A DNA stretch of 64,000 nt from an uncultured Gemmatimonadales bacterium (lineage in GTDB: Bacteria > Gemmatimonadota > Gemmatimonadetes > Gemmatimonadales > GWC2-71-9), in assembly GCA_963730185.1 (NCBI GenBank), contig CAVSQW010000005.1:1-64000 (forward strand), read 5' to 3'. Made by a program: the position numbers and the translations under genes. Each line of letters opens with the position of its first letter. Positions within the stretch are counted from its first letter, which is position 1. The notes beneath the pieces were generated by a model. That model was not told the DNA's origin, searched no databases, and worked only from the letters and a program-made list of their open reading frames with translations. This document shows positions 37,608 through 47,566 of the stretch, piece by piece.

Positions 37608-37774
37608 GAATGCTCGAGCGGCAGGGTTCGCGAAGCACGGCCCGGTCGGCCCGGGGGGAACGGGGGCAATCTAGGGTGACCGCACGCCTCCGGCGAGAGA
37701 GCCGGCGACCGGCCTCCCGTCGTCCGCCCCGTCACGGCATTATTGGGCTCCCTCCTACCGAGGAGCTGGACCCC

Positions 37775-39157
37775 ATGACCGAGCTCACCTCGCTCGGCCT
37801 CCGCGAGGCCGCCCGACTCGTCGCTCGGGGACGCGTGTCTCCGGTAGAGCTGGTGGACGCCGTGCTGGCCCGGATCGCGCAGCTCAACCCGGCGCTCAAC
37901 GCCTTCTTGACGGTGACGGCCGACAGCGCGCGCGAGGCGGCCCGCCGGGCCGAGCGGCGGTCGAGCCGGGCCGGAGCGCCGCCGCCCCTCCTCGGCGTGC
38001 CGATCTCGGTGAAGGACCTGATCCTCAGCCGGGAAGCCCCGACCACGGCTGGCTCGCGGCTTTTCGGGAAGGGACTTTCGGCCGGCACCGATGCCCCGGT
38101 CGTGGCCCGGCTCCGCCGGGCGGGCGCCATCCTGGTCGGGAAGACCAATCTCCATGAGGTCGCCTTCGGGGTGACCACGGTCAACGAGCACTTCGGACCG
38201 GCCCGCAATCCCTGGGATCGGTCCCGGGTGGCCGGCGGCTCGAGCGGCGGGTCGGCCGTGGCCGTCGCGACGGGGATGGGCGCCGGATCGGTGGGCACCG
38301 ACACCAGAGGGTCAATCCGGATCCCGGCCGCGTGCTGCGGGATCGTCGGGCTCAAACCCACGTTCGGCCTCTTGCCAACGGACGGCGTGGTACCCCTCGC
38401 TCCCACCCTCGATCACGTCGGACCGATCACCCGCTCCGTCGAGGACGCCGCCCTGATGCTCGGCGCGATGCGGGGCAGCCGAGCCAGGACGGCCGAATAC
38501 CTGGCCGCGGTCGATCGCAAGCCCCGTCGGCTCCGGGTCGGCGTGGACCCCTACTACCTCCGGGGGGCGGACGCCGAAGTCGGCACCGCGGTCGAGGCGG
38601 CTATCAACAGGCTGGCCAAGCTGGGCTGTCCTATCGTCGAAGTGAAGCTACCGGAGCTCGACCAGGCGCTCGAAGCCTCCCGCGTGATCGTTCTGGCCGA
38701 GGCCCTTGCCTTCCACGAGCGGTGGCTCCGGAGCCGGCCCCGGTCGTACGGGCCGCAGGTTCGGTCCCGAATGCTGGGCGGGCGCAAGCTCACAGCGGTG
38801 GACTATGTCCACGCTACGGAGCAGCGGGTCCTGCTCGAGGCCGCGTTCCATAACGCCTTCCGTCACGTTGACGTCCTGGTTGGGGCAGTGCTACCGACGC
38901 TGCCGGTTCGAATCGGGGCGACGTCCACCCGGGTCGGAGGGGTCGAGACGCCATTGTCGGAGGCCTACTGCCGCTACAACGCCCCTCAAAACGTTGTCGG
39001 TATCCCGGCGCTGGCCCTGCCCGTCGCGCGGAGTCGGACCGGTCTCCCAATCGCGGCACAAGTCATTGCAGCGTGGGGAGATGAGGTGTCGCTCCTCAGT
39101 GCGGCCCGAGCGATCGAACGCGCGAACGACGACGCATTCACGGTCACGTTGAATTGA
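37775..39157 (+). CDS. Amidase signature (GatA-like) enzyme
   Basis: AGGAG SD; 'VKDL', 'GGSSGGS' and 'GTDTRGSIRIPA'. Confidence 0.92.
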   Translation: MTELTSLGLREAARLVARGRVSPVELVDAVLARIAQLNPALNAFLTVTADSAREAARRAERRSSRAGAPPPLLGVPISVKDLILSREAPTTAGSRLFGKGLSAGTDAPVVARLRRAGAILVGKTNLHEVAFGVTTVNEHFGPARNPWDRSRVAGGSSGGSAVAVATGMGAGSVGTDTRGSIRIPAACCGIVGLKPTFGLLPTDGVVPLAPTLDHVGPITRSVEDAALMLGAMRGSRARTAEYLAAVDRKPRRLRVGVDPYYLRGADAEVGTAVEAAINRLAKLGCPIVEVKLPELDQALEASRVIVLAEALAFHERWLRSRPRSYGPQVRSRMLGGRKLTAVDYVHATEQRVLLEAAFHNAFRHVDVLVGAVLPTLPVRIGATSTRVGGVETPLSEAYCRYNAPQNVVGIPALALPVARSRTGLPIAAQVIAAWGDEVSLLSAARAIERANDDAFTVTLN

Positions 39158-39166
39158 GGCGAGAAA

Positions 39167-39268
39167 GTGTCCATTGGACACATCTGTGTCAGTTAGACTC
39201 ACAGTCCTCAAACTGGCGGTTTAGCAACGACAACGACTTACGAATACCAGCAGCGGCACGGTTTGTGA
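39167..39268 (+). promoter_or_regulatory. Putative sigma54 module 1: two GTGTC-N5-GACWC boxes, IHF-like site, GG-N10-GA promoter
   Basis: Boxes at 39167-39181 and 39186-39200; CAACGACTTA at 39231-39240; CGGCACGGTTTGTGA at 39254-39268; same order repeated before susC2. Confidence 0.6.
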
Positions 39269-39494
39269 CAGATAGCGTTACGCGCGGCTAGCGTCAGTAG
39301 CCGTCGTACGGGTTTCCGGCGCGGCATGGGGCGCGCCTCCGACCCGAGTGATTCCGAAGCGCCAGCTCAGAATATCGCCCAGGGCCCTTGGCCCGGGCTG
39401 TCTCGTTTCTCGGTCGACCCGACCACGGCATCGGTATGCGTGGCGGGCGACGGATAACGAGACTCATTACCACTCTCACCTCCAAGGAGCTACG

Positions 39495-42400
39495 ATGCGA
39501 GGCAATGGAAGGCGTGTGCTCGGTCTGCTCGGCGGACTGCTGCTCGGGACTGGAGGCCAGGTCGCCCTGGCTCAGACCGGCGCGGTCACCGGGAAGATCA
39601 CGGCGGCCAACTCACCCAACCCGATCGAGGCCGCCCGGGTGCAGATCGTCGGCACCCCTCTCTTGGTGCTGTCGAACCGAGACGGGGTGTATACGCTCCG
39701 GGGGGTGACGCCCGGCCAAGTGTCGGTCCGGGTCACGGCCCTCGGCTTCGCGTCGGTGTCCAAGAGGGTCACCGTGACGGCGGGCGGGTCCGTCACGGCC
39801 GATTTCGAGCTGAGTCAGGCACCCTACACCCTGGACGAGATCACCACGACGGCGACGGGTGATACCCGGAAAGCGGAGCTCGGTAACTCCGTGAACACCA
39901 TCCAGGTTACCCAGCTGGCCGAGGAGGGGCCGGTCCGGACGCTGGCTGACGTGCTCAAGGCGCGGGCCCCCGGCGTTCAGGTCTTCTCCTCGACCGGCAC
40001 GATCGGCGGCGGGCAGCGGATCCGAATCCGCGGCTCCAACTCGGTCTCGCTCTCCAACGAGCCGCTCTACATCGTGGACGGCGTGCGAATCGAGAGTAGC
40101 ACCGGGTCGAACTCGTTCGGCATCGGCGGCCAGAATCCGTCGCGGATCAACGACTTGAACCCCGACGAAATCGCCGACATTCAGATTCTCAAGGGTCCTT
40201 CGGCGGCGGCGATCTACGGCACCCAGGGTTCCAACGGAGTGATCCTGATTACGACCAAGCGGGGCGTCGCGGGCCGGGCGCGCTGGTCGGTCTGGACCGA
40301 GCAGGGCCTCTCGAAGGACAAGAACCCCTACCCCGACAACTATTACGGCGAGACCTCGACCGGGGCGCGGTGCATCCTGGAAGACGTCTCGGCGGGCAAG
40401 TGCACCATCGCGGACGTGCTGAGCTTCAACCCGATGCGCGATCCGGTGGAGTCGCCGCTCAGCAACGGACGGCGGCAGCAGTACGGAGCCAGCGTCTCGG
40501 GCGGGAGCGATCAGGTCCAGTACTTCATCTCGGGCGAGCGCGAGGACGAGCGGGGCGTGTTCTTCATGCCCCAGGCCGAGCAGACCCGGATTCTCCAGGA
40601 GAGCGGCCGGAGCAGCCTCCGCCAGGACGAGCTCAACCCGAACAACATCGACAAGGTGAACCTGCGGTCGAACCTGACGGCGGTGCTCTCGCCGAAGGCC
40701 AACCTGCAGATCAACCTCGGCTACGTCACCTCGAGCCTCCGGCTGCCGCAGAACGACAACAACGTGTTGGGCATCCACTCGAGCGGCCTGAACGGCGACG
40801 GCCGGGGCGGGCAGAACTCCGACCTGGCGTGGGGCTTTTTCCGGCCAGGCGAGACCTTTCAGTTTCTGACCAAGCAGACGGTCCAGCGCTTCACCACCGG
40901 CGCGACGGCGAACTACAGCCCGATCAACTGGCTCACCTCCCGCGCGGTGGTCGGGCTCGATCTGACGAGCCGGATCGACCAGCAGCTCAACCGGTTCGAC
41001 GAAGGACCCGACTTCTCGACTTACCGGCTTGGCACCGCCGGTGAAGGCCGGCGGACCATCGCGGTCTACACCGTCGACGCCAACGCGACGGCCTCGTTCA
41101 ACCTGATGTCGAACCTGACGTCCAAGACGACCGCCGGCGTCAACTACCAGCAGTACAACTTCCGCGGGACCACGGCCACGGGCGATCAGCTGCCCCCCGG
41201 CGCGGTGACGGTCACGGCCGGCGCCATCAAGGACGCGCTCGAGACCAACACCCTCAACAAGACGGCGGGCGGTTTCGTTCAGCAGACCTTCGGCCTGGCC
41301 GACCGGCTCTTCGTGACCGGCGCGGTCCGGGTCGACCGGAACAGCGCCACCGGCGCCTTGGCCAAGACGATCGTCTACCCCAAGGCCTCGGTTTCGTACC
41401 TGATCAGCGAGTCGCCGTTCTTCCCGAAGAGCAATTTCCTCAACTCGCTCAGGTTCCGGTTCTCCTATGGTCATGCCGGCCAGCAGCCGAGCGGCACCCA
41501 AGCGCTGGAATCGTATTCCGCGACGGCGGCCTCGATCGACGGCACGGTGGTGCCCGCAGCCATCATCAACAACCTCGGCGACGCAACGCTCAAGCCGGAG
41601 CGGAGTGTCGAGTACGAGGGCGGCTTCGACGCCAACTTCTTCAACAGCCGGATCGCCCTGGAGCTGACCGCGTTCCACAAGGACACTCGGGACGCGCTCA
41701 TCTTCGTGCCGACGCCGCTCTCTGCCGGCCAGCCCACCGGACAGTTCCGGAACCTGGGCAAGGTCAGCAACGCGGGCATCGAATACCTGATCAACGCCCA
41801 GATCCTGACCCGGCAGAACCTGACCTGGGACCTCACCCTGAGCGGCTCCTTCCTCCGGAACAAGCTGCTCGATCTCGGCGGCCAGCCGCCCATCAACGCC
41901 AACGGGACCACCCAGCAGCACCGTGAGGGCTATCCGCTCGGCGGCTACTGGGGCCGAAACTACACCTACAACGACGCCAACGGCGACGGCATCATCACCG
42001 CCGGCGAGGTCACGCCGGCCGATACGCTGACCTACATCGGCCCTTCGCAGCCCACTCGCGAGGCGGCGATCTCGTCGCAGGTCGGACTCTTCAAAGGCCG
42101 GATCCTGATCTCCACCCAGCTCGACTACCGGGCCGGGGCCTATCTCTACAACCTGACCGAGGACTTCCGGTGCCGCTCCCGGCGGAACTGCGAGGACCTC
42201 TACTTCACCAGCGTCGGGATGGACCGGCTGGCCCGGGTCGTGGCGCTCCGCTCGCTCGGATCGCTCAACACCAACAGCGGGTACATCGAGCCTCAGGACT
42301 ACCTCAAGTGGCGCGAGCTGTCGGTGACCTTCAACGCGCCCAAGCGGTGGGCCCAGGCGTTCGGCGGCGACCGGCTGAGCGTCTCCCTGAGCGGCCGGAA

Positions 42401-42536
42401 CCTGGCCACCTGGACCAAATACACCGGCATCGACCCCGAGGTGAACGGCCAAGGTGAGAACAATTTTGCCCAGCGCGACTTCCTGAGCCTTCCGTCGCTC
42501 CGGTCGTTCAACGTGCGACTCAACCTCGGCTTCTGA
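39495..42536 (+). CDS. susC: SusC/RagA TonB-dependent transporter, copy 1
   Basis: AAGGAG SD; 'RIRIRGSNS...EPLYIVDG', 'LKGPSAAAIYGT...NGVILITTK', 'LKPE' and C-terminal F. Confidence 0.95.
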   Translation: MRGNGRRVLGLLGGLLLGTGGQVALAQTGAVTGKITAANSPNPIEAARVQIVGTPLLVLSNRDGVYTLRGVTPGQVSVRVTALGFASVSKRVTVTAGGSVTADFELSQAPYTLDEITTTATGDTRKAELGNSVNTIQVTQLAEEGPVRTLADVLKARAPGVQVFSSTGTIGGGQRIRIRGSNSVSLSNEPLYIVDGVRIESSTGSNSFGIGGQNPSRINDLNPDEIADIQILKGPSAAAIYGTQGSNGVILITTKRGVAGRARWSVWTEQGLSKDKNPYPDNYYGETSTGARCILEDVSAGKCTIADVLSFNPMRDPVESPLSNGRRQQYGASVSGGSDQVQYFISGEREDERGVFFMPQAEQTRILQESGRSSLRQDELNPNNIDKVNLRSNLTAVLSPKANLQINLGYVTSSLRLPQNDNNVLGIHSSGLNGDGRGGQNSDLAWGFFRPGETFQFLTKQTVQRFTTGATANYSPINWLTSRAVVGLDLTSRIDQQLNRFDEGPDFSTYRLGTAGEGRRTIAVYTVDANATASFNLMSNLTSKTTAGVNYQQYNFRGTTATGDQLPPGAVTVTAGAIKDALETNTLNKTAGGFVQQTFGLADRLFVTGAVRVDRNSATGALAKTIVYPKASVSYLISESPFFPKSNFLNSLRFRFSYGHAGQQPSGTQALESYSATAASIDGTVVPAAIINNLGDATLKPERSVEYEGGFDANFFNSRIALELTAFHKDTRDALIFVPTPLSAGQPTGQFRNLGKVSNAGIEYLINAQILTRQNLTWDLTLSGSFLRNKLLDLGGQPPINANGTTQQHREGYPLGGYWGRNYTYNDANGDGIITAGEVTPADTLTYIGPSQPTREAAISSQVGLFKGRILISTQLDYRAGAYLYNLTEDFRCRSRRNCEDLYFTSVGMDRLARVVALRSLGSLNTNSGYIEPQDYLKWRELSVTFNAPKRWAQAFGGDRLSVSLSGRNLATWTKYTGIDPEVNGQGENNFAQRDFLSLPSLRSFNVRLNLGF

Positions 42537-42558
42537 GCCGATCCGCCATCGAGGAGTA

Positions 42559-43941
42559 ATGACCGATATGATCGATCGACACTTCCTGCGTCGAGGGACG
42601 GGAGTTGCCCGTCTGGTGGGCACCGGCCTGGTGCTCATGCTGGGCACCGGCTGCCTCGACCAGCTCACCCAGGCGACCCAGCGGGACGAGATCCCGCCCG
42701 ACGCGCTGACCACCGCGGCCGGCGCCGCGGCACTCTACGCCGGCGCCATCCAGAGCTTCGGCTACGCCATCGACGGCAACTCCGGCGGCACCGAGGGCCA
42801 GACCCTCGTGTCGGGGATGATGGCCGACGAGTGGTTCCACTCCGGCACCTTCACCACCCGCCAGGACTACGACCAGCGGGCCACCTCGCTCGACAATGGC
42901 ACCCTGGCCGGCGTCTTCCGGAACCTCCAGGACGCCCGGCTCTCCGCCAAGCGAGCCATCACCGCCGTCGAAGGCACCTCCGCGAACGCGGCCGGCGACG
43001 AGCGGATCGGCGCCCTCCAGAATCGGATCGGCGCGGTCTACCTGATCGCGGCGCAGAACTACTGCAACGGGGTCCCGTTCAGCGAGGTCGTGGACGGCCA
43101 GGTCGAGTACGGTCAGCCGCTCACCACGGCCGACATGCTCACCGAAGCGATCTCCTGGTTCGACCAGGCGCTCGCCGGACCGGCCGGCGCCGGCAGCGTC
43201 AACCACAACACGGCCCGGCTCCTCAAGGCCCGGGCCCTGACGCTCGAAGGACGCTCGCAGCTGAGCGCCGCCGCCGGGGTGGCGGCCTCGGTCCCGACCG
43301 ACTTCGCGGCCGTGAGCGAGCACTCGTTGGCCAACAGCACCAACGAGAACGGCGTCTACGTGTTCAACCACTTGAGCCAGCGCTGGTCGATGGCGCATCA
43401 CGACGGCGGCAATGGCCTCCCCTTCCGGGGTGCCGGTGACGGGACCGACCCCGCCCAGGCCGATCCGCGGCTCCTGTGGAAGCGGGACGGCATCGGCTTC
43501 GACAACGAGTCCCCGCAGTACGACTGGCTCGGCTCGGGTGACCGGGACGCATCCCAGCCGTTCGCCAAGGGACAGGAAGCCCGGCTGATCGAGGCCGAAG
43601 CCGCGCTCGAAGCCGGCGACGCCCCCGGCTTCATGACCAAACTCAACGACCTTCGGGCCACCGTCAGCGGACTCGCTCCCCTCACGGACCCCGGAACCAC
43701 CGCGGGCCGCGAGGACCTGTTGTTCAGCGAGCGAGCCTTCTGGCTCTTCGGGACCGGCACCCGGCTTTCGGACCTCCGTCGCGAGGTTCGTCAGTACGGG
43801 CGGAACGCCGAGTCGATCTTCCCGACCGGGCCGTACTTCCGCCCCGGCTCGGGTGACTACGGCAACGACGTCAACATCCCGGTGCCCAACAGCGAGGATC
43901 AGAACCCCAACTTCACGGCCTGCATCGATCGCAACGCCTGA
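42559..43941 (+). CDS. susD: SusD/RagB lipoprotein, copy 1
   Basis: Lipobox LGTGC; 'EARLIEAEA', 'ERAFWLF..G.RLSDLRR' and 'NPN'. Confidence 0.93.
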   Translation: MTDMIDRHFLRRGTGVARLVGTGLVLMLGTGCLDQLTQATQRDEIPPDALTTAAGAAALYAGAIQSFGYAIDGNSGGTEGQTLVSGMMADEWFHSGTFTTRQDYDQRATSLDNGTLAGVFRNLQDARLSAKRAITAVEGTSANAAGDERIGALQNRIGAVYLIAAQNYCNGVPFSEVVDGQVEYGQPLTTADMLTEAISWFDQALAGPAGAGSVNHNTARLLKARALTLEGRSQLSAAAGVAASVPTDFAAVSEHSLANSTNENGVYVFNHLSQRWSMAHHDGGNGLPFRGAGDGTDPAQADPRLLWKRDGIGFDNESPQYDWLGSGDRDASQPFAKGQEARLIEAEAALEAGDAPGFMTKLNDLRATVSGLAPLTDPGTTAGREDLLFSERAFWLFGTGTRLSDLRREVRQYGRNAESIFPTGPYFRPGSGDYGNDVNIPVPNSEDQNPNFTACIDRNA

Positions 43942-43964
43942 GGCAGGTGGTTCGGAATTCGACC

Positions 43965-44001
43965 CCGAAGCGGGAGGCGAGAGCCTCCCGCTTTCGGCTT
44001 T
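43965..44001 (+). terminator. Intrinsic terminator after susD1
   Basis: CCGAAGCGGGAGGC-GAGA-GCCTCCCGCTTTCGG then CTTT. Confidence 0.8.
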
Positions 44002-44201
44002 CACCCCACCTGGTTCTCACCACCCAGGCGGCCCCCGATCCGGGGCGTGCCCGTCCAATCGAGCGCGGATGAACCGGCCGTGAGTGGCCGTTCACGCGGA
44101 CCCGGTCTGCTTTCACGAACCCGCCGGCCGTCCGGGTTAGCCAGTTTCCCGGGACCGGACAGACCAGTCGACCCGGCGGGTCGACCTGCCGAGGCGGTTT
44201 C

Positions 44202-44316
44202 GCGTCCCTTCGACACGATCGTGTCGGATCGACTCTCAGCGGAAATGCCGTAGAACTACGGAAGCATAGCCTCCCCCAACGACTTGCGCGCTCGGTCGGC
44301 CCGGCACGGAACCTGA
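44202..44316 (+). promoter_or_regulatory. Putative sigma54 module 2, same architecture as module 1
   Basis: GCGTC-N5-GACAC at 44202-44216; GTGTC-N5-GACTC at 44221-44235; CAACGACTTG at 44277-44286; CGGCACGGAACCTGA at 44302-44316. Confidence 0.6.
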
Positions 44317-44499
44317 GCAGGCCGGGTTCGCACGGCGTGACGTCTCACTCGCGAGGAGTCGTCCCGTCGGCGGCCGTCGAGACGTTGGTGAATTTCGTTA
44401 ACGGACCACCACGAAAAAGCCTGGTGTCCCGGAGATCGGAGTCCGCCGCGTCGTCGACCGGCCGAATCAAGGAACATCCACACCGAGGGACGTGAGATA

Positions 44500-47400
44500 A
44501 TGCGACGAACTGGAGGAATCCTCTTCGGTCTGCTCGGGGCTCTGCTGATCGGCGCGACGAGCCAACCGGCTCAAGCCCAGACCGGCACGATCACCGGGAA
44601 GATCACGGCGGCGGACTCACCGACCCCGCTCGAGGCAGCGCGGGTCCAGGTGGTCGGCACCCCGCTGATGGTGCTGTCGAATCGCGACGGCGTCTACAAC
44701 CTTCGCGGGGTCACGCCGGGGCAGGTGAGCGTCCGGGTCACCGCGTTAGGCTACGCCTCGGTCACCAAGCAGGTCACGGTGACGGCGGAGGCATCGGTCA
44801 CGGCGGACTTCACCCTGACCCAGGCGCCGTACACCCTGGACGAGATTACCACGACGGCCACCGGCGATACCCGGAAGGCGGAGCTGGGCAACTCGATCAA
44901 CACCATCCAGGTCACCCAGCTGGCCGAGCAGGCCCCGGTCAAGGACCTGGCCGACGTGCTGAAGGCCCGGGCCCCTGGGGTGCAGGTCTTCTCCTCGACC
45001 GGGACGATCGGCGGGGGGCAGCGGATCCGGATTCGCGGGTCCAACTCGGTGTCGCTCTCCAACGAGCCCCTCTACATCGTGGACGGCGTCCGGATCGACA
45101 ACCGGCAAGGCGCCGGCATTCAGGGCTCGCTCGCCTTCGGCGTGGGCGGCCAGGCACCGTCGCCGATCAACGACATCAACCCCGACGAGATCGCCGATAT
45201 CCAGATTCTCAAGGGACCGTCGGCCTCGGCCATTTACGGAACCCAGGGCGCCAACGGCGTGATCCTGATCACCACCAGGCGCGGCGTCGCCGGCCGGGCG
45301 CGGTGGAGCCTCTGGTCGGAACAGGGCATGAGCCAGGACAAGAACCCGTATCCGGACAACTACTACGCCGCCGACGCCGCGGGCGACCAGTGCACCTTGG
45401 TCGACGTCGCCGCGGGCTCCTGCACCCAGGCGGTGTTGGATCGGTTCAATCCACTCCGGAACCCGGTCACTTCGCCCATCGACAACGGGCGGCGGCAGCA
45501 GTACGGCGCCAGCGTCTCGGGCGGCAGCGACCTGGTGCAGTACTTCTTCTCGGGCGAGCGGGAGGACGAGCGGGGCGTCTACGTCATGCCCGATTCGGAG
45601 CAGACCCGCATCCTGGCCGAGAGCGGCCGAACGTCGTTGCGGCAGGACGAGCTCAATCCGAACAACATCGACAAGGTGAACCTGCGATCCAACGTCTCGG
45701 CGGTGCTCTCGCCCAAGGCGAACGTGCAGGTGAACCTCGGCTACGTGACCTCGAGCCTTCGGCTCCCACAGAACGACAACAACGTGCTGGGCAACGCCTC
45801 GAGCGCGCTCAACGGCGACGGCCGAGGTCTCTCGGCGCCGGGCGGCCCGTGGGGCTTCTTCACGCCGGGTGACAACTTCCAGCTGCTGACCAAGCAGACG
45901 GTGCAGCGGTTCACGACCGGCGCCACCGCCAACTACAGCCCGCTCAACTGGCTGACGTCGCGGGCCGTGGTCGGGATGGACCTGACCAACCGGGTCGACC
46001 AGGCGTTCAACTTCTTCGGCGAAGGCCCCAACTTCGGCAACACCCGGCTGGGTGCCGCCGCCGAAGCGCGGCGGACGATCGCGGTCTACACGATCGACGC
46101 CAACGCGACGGCCAACTTCAACCTGCGGTCGGACCTGACCTCCAAGACGACCGCCGGCATCAACTACGTTCAGAACAACTTCCGGGGCACCAACGCGACC
46201 GGCAGCCAGCTGCCGCCGGGTGCTCAGACGGTTACCGCCGGCGCGATCCAGACCGCCGCGGAGACCAACCAGCTGATCAAAACGGCCGGCGGGTTCGTGC
46301 AGCAGACCTTCGGCTTCAACGATCGGTTGTTCCTCACCGGGGCGGTCCGGGTGGACCGGAACAGCGCCACCGGTACCCTGGCCCAGACGATCGCCTACCC
46401 GAAGGCCTCGCTCTCGTACCTGATCAGCGAGGAGCCCTTCTTCCCCAAGGGGAGCTTCCTCAACTCGCTTCGGATCCGGGCCTCGTACGGCCACGCCGGC
46501 GAGCAGCCGGCCGGCTCCCAGGCGCTGGAGTCCTACGCCGCGACGGCGGGTGCCCTGGCCGGATCGGTCCAGCCGGCGGTGGTGATCAACAACCTCGGCG
46601 ACCCGAACCTGAAGCCGGAGCGGAGCGTCGAGTACGAAGGCGGGTTCGACGCCAACTTCGCCAACAGCCGGGTGGCGCTCGAGCTGACCTACTACCACAA
46701 GCAGACCCGCGACGCCCTCATCTTCGTTCCGACCCCGCCGTCGGCGGGCCTGCCGACCGGTCAGTTCCGGAACCTCGGCAAGGTGCAGAACGAGGGCATC
46801 GAGTACCTCATCAACGGCCAGGTCCTCACCGGTCGCGACCTGACCTGGGACCTGACCCTGAGCGGCTCGTTCACCCGTAACCGGCTCCTCGACCTCGGCG
46901 GCCAGCCGCCGATCAACGCCAACGGCACCGACCAGCAGCACCGCGAGGGCTATCCCCTCGGCGGCTACTGGGGCCGGACCTACACCTACAGCGACGCCAA
47001 CGGCGACGGCCTCATCTCGCCCAGCGAGATCACGCCCGGCGATTCGCTGTCCTACATCGGACCCTCGCAGCCGACCCGAGAGCTGGCGATCAGCTCGCAG
47101 ATCGGGCTCTTCAAGGGGAAAGTCCAGATCGCGACCCAGTTCGACTACCGGGGCGGCGCGTATCTGTACAACCTGACCGAGGCGTTCCGCTGCCAGGCCA
47201 TTGCCAACTGCGCCGGCATCAACGATCCGTCCTCGTCGCTTCAGGACCAGGCGGCGGCCGTGGCCTTCTCCCAGCTGGGCTCCCTGAACACCAACTACGG
47301 CTTCAAGGAGCACTCCGATTACATGAAGTGGCGTGAGCTGTCGGTGACCTACAACGCCCCGAAGAGCTGGGCCAACGCCTTCCGGGCCGACCGGGTCAGC

Positions 47401-47556
47401 CTCACGCTGAGCGGCCGGAACCTGGCGACGTGGACCAAGTACCGCGGGATCGACCCGGAAGTGAACGGGCAGGGCGAGAACAACTTCGCCCAGCGCGACT
47501 TCCTGAGCATCCCGTCGCTCCGGTCGTTCAACGTCCGGCTCAACATCGGCTTCTAG
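44500..47556 (+). CDS. susC: SusC/RagA TonB-dependent transporter, copy 2
   Basis: Colinear, highly similar paralogue of 39495-42536. Confidence 0.95.
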   Translation: MRRTGGILFGLLGALLIGATSQPAQAQTGTITGKITAADSPTPLEAARVQVVGTPLMVLSNRDGVYNLRGVTPGQVSVRVTALGYASVTKQVTVTAEASVTADFTLTQAPYTLDEITTTATGDTRKAELGNSINTIQVTQLAEQAPVKDLADVLKARAPGVQVFSSTGTIGGGQRIRIRGSNSVSLSNEPLYIVDGVRIDNRQGAGIQGSLAFGVGGQAPSPINDINPDEIADIQILKGPSASAIYGTQGANGVILITTRRGVAGRARWSLWSEQGMSQDKNPYPDNYYAADAAGDQCTLVDVAAGSCTQAVLDRFNPLRNPVTSPIDNGRRQQYGASVSGGSDLVQYFFSGEREDERGVYVMPDSEQTRILAESGRTSLRQDELNPNNIDKVNLRSNVSAVLSPKANVQVNLGYVTSSLRLPQNDNNVLGNASSALNGDGRGLSAPGGPWGFFTPGDNFQLLTKQTVQRFTTGATANYSPLNWLTSRAVVGMDLTNRVDQAFNFFGEGPNFGNTRLGAAAEARRTIAVYTIDANATANFNLRSDLTSKTTAGINYVQNNFRGTNATGSQLPPGAQTVTAGAIQTAAETNQLIKTAGGFVQQTFGFNDRLFLTGAVRVDRNSATGTLAQTIAYPKASLSYLISEEPFFPKGSFLNSLRIRASYGHAGEQPAGSQALESYAATAGALAGSVQPAVVINNLGDPNLKPERSVEYEGGFDANFANSRVALELTYYHKQTRDALIFVPTPPSAGLPTGQFRNLGKVQNEGIEYLINGQVLTGRDLTWDLTLSGSFTRNRLLDLGGQPPINANGTDQQHREGYPLGGYWGRTYTYSDANGDGLISPSEITPGDSLSYIGPSQPTRELAISSQIGLFKGKVQIATQFDYRGGAYLYNLTEAFRCQAIANCAGINDPSSSLQDQAAAVAFSQLGSLNTNYGFKEHSDYMKWRELSVTYNAPKSWANAFRADRVSLTLSGRNLATWTKYRGIDPEVNGQGENNFAQRDFLSIPSLRSFNVRLNIGF

Positions 47557-47566
47557 GGCATCGACC

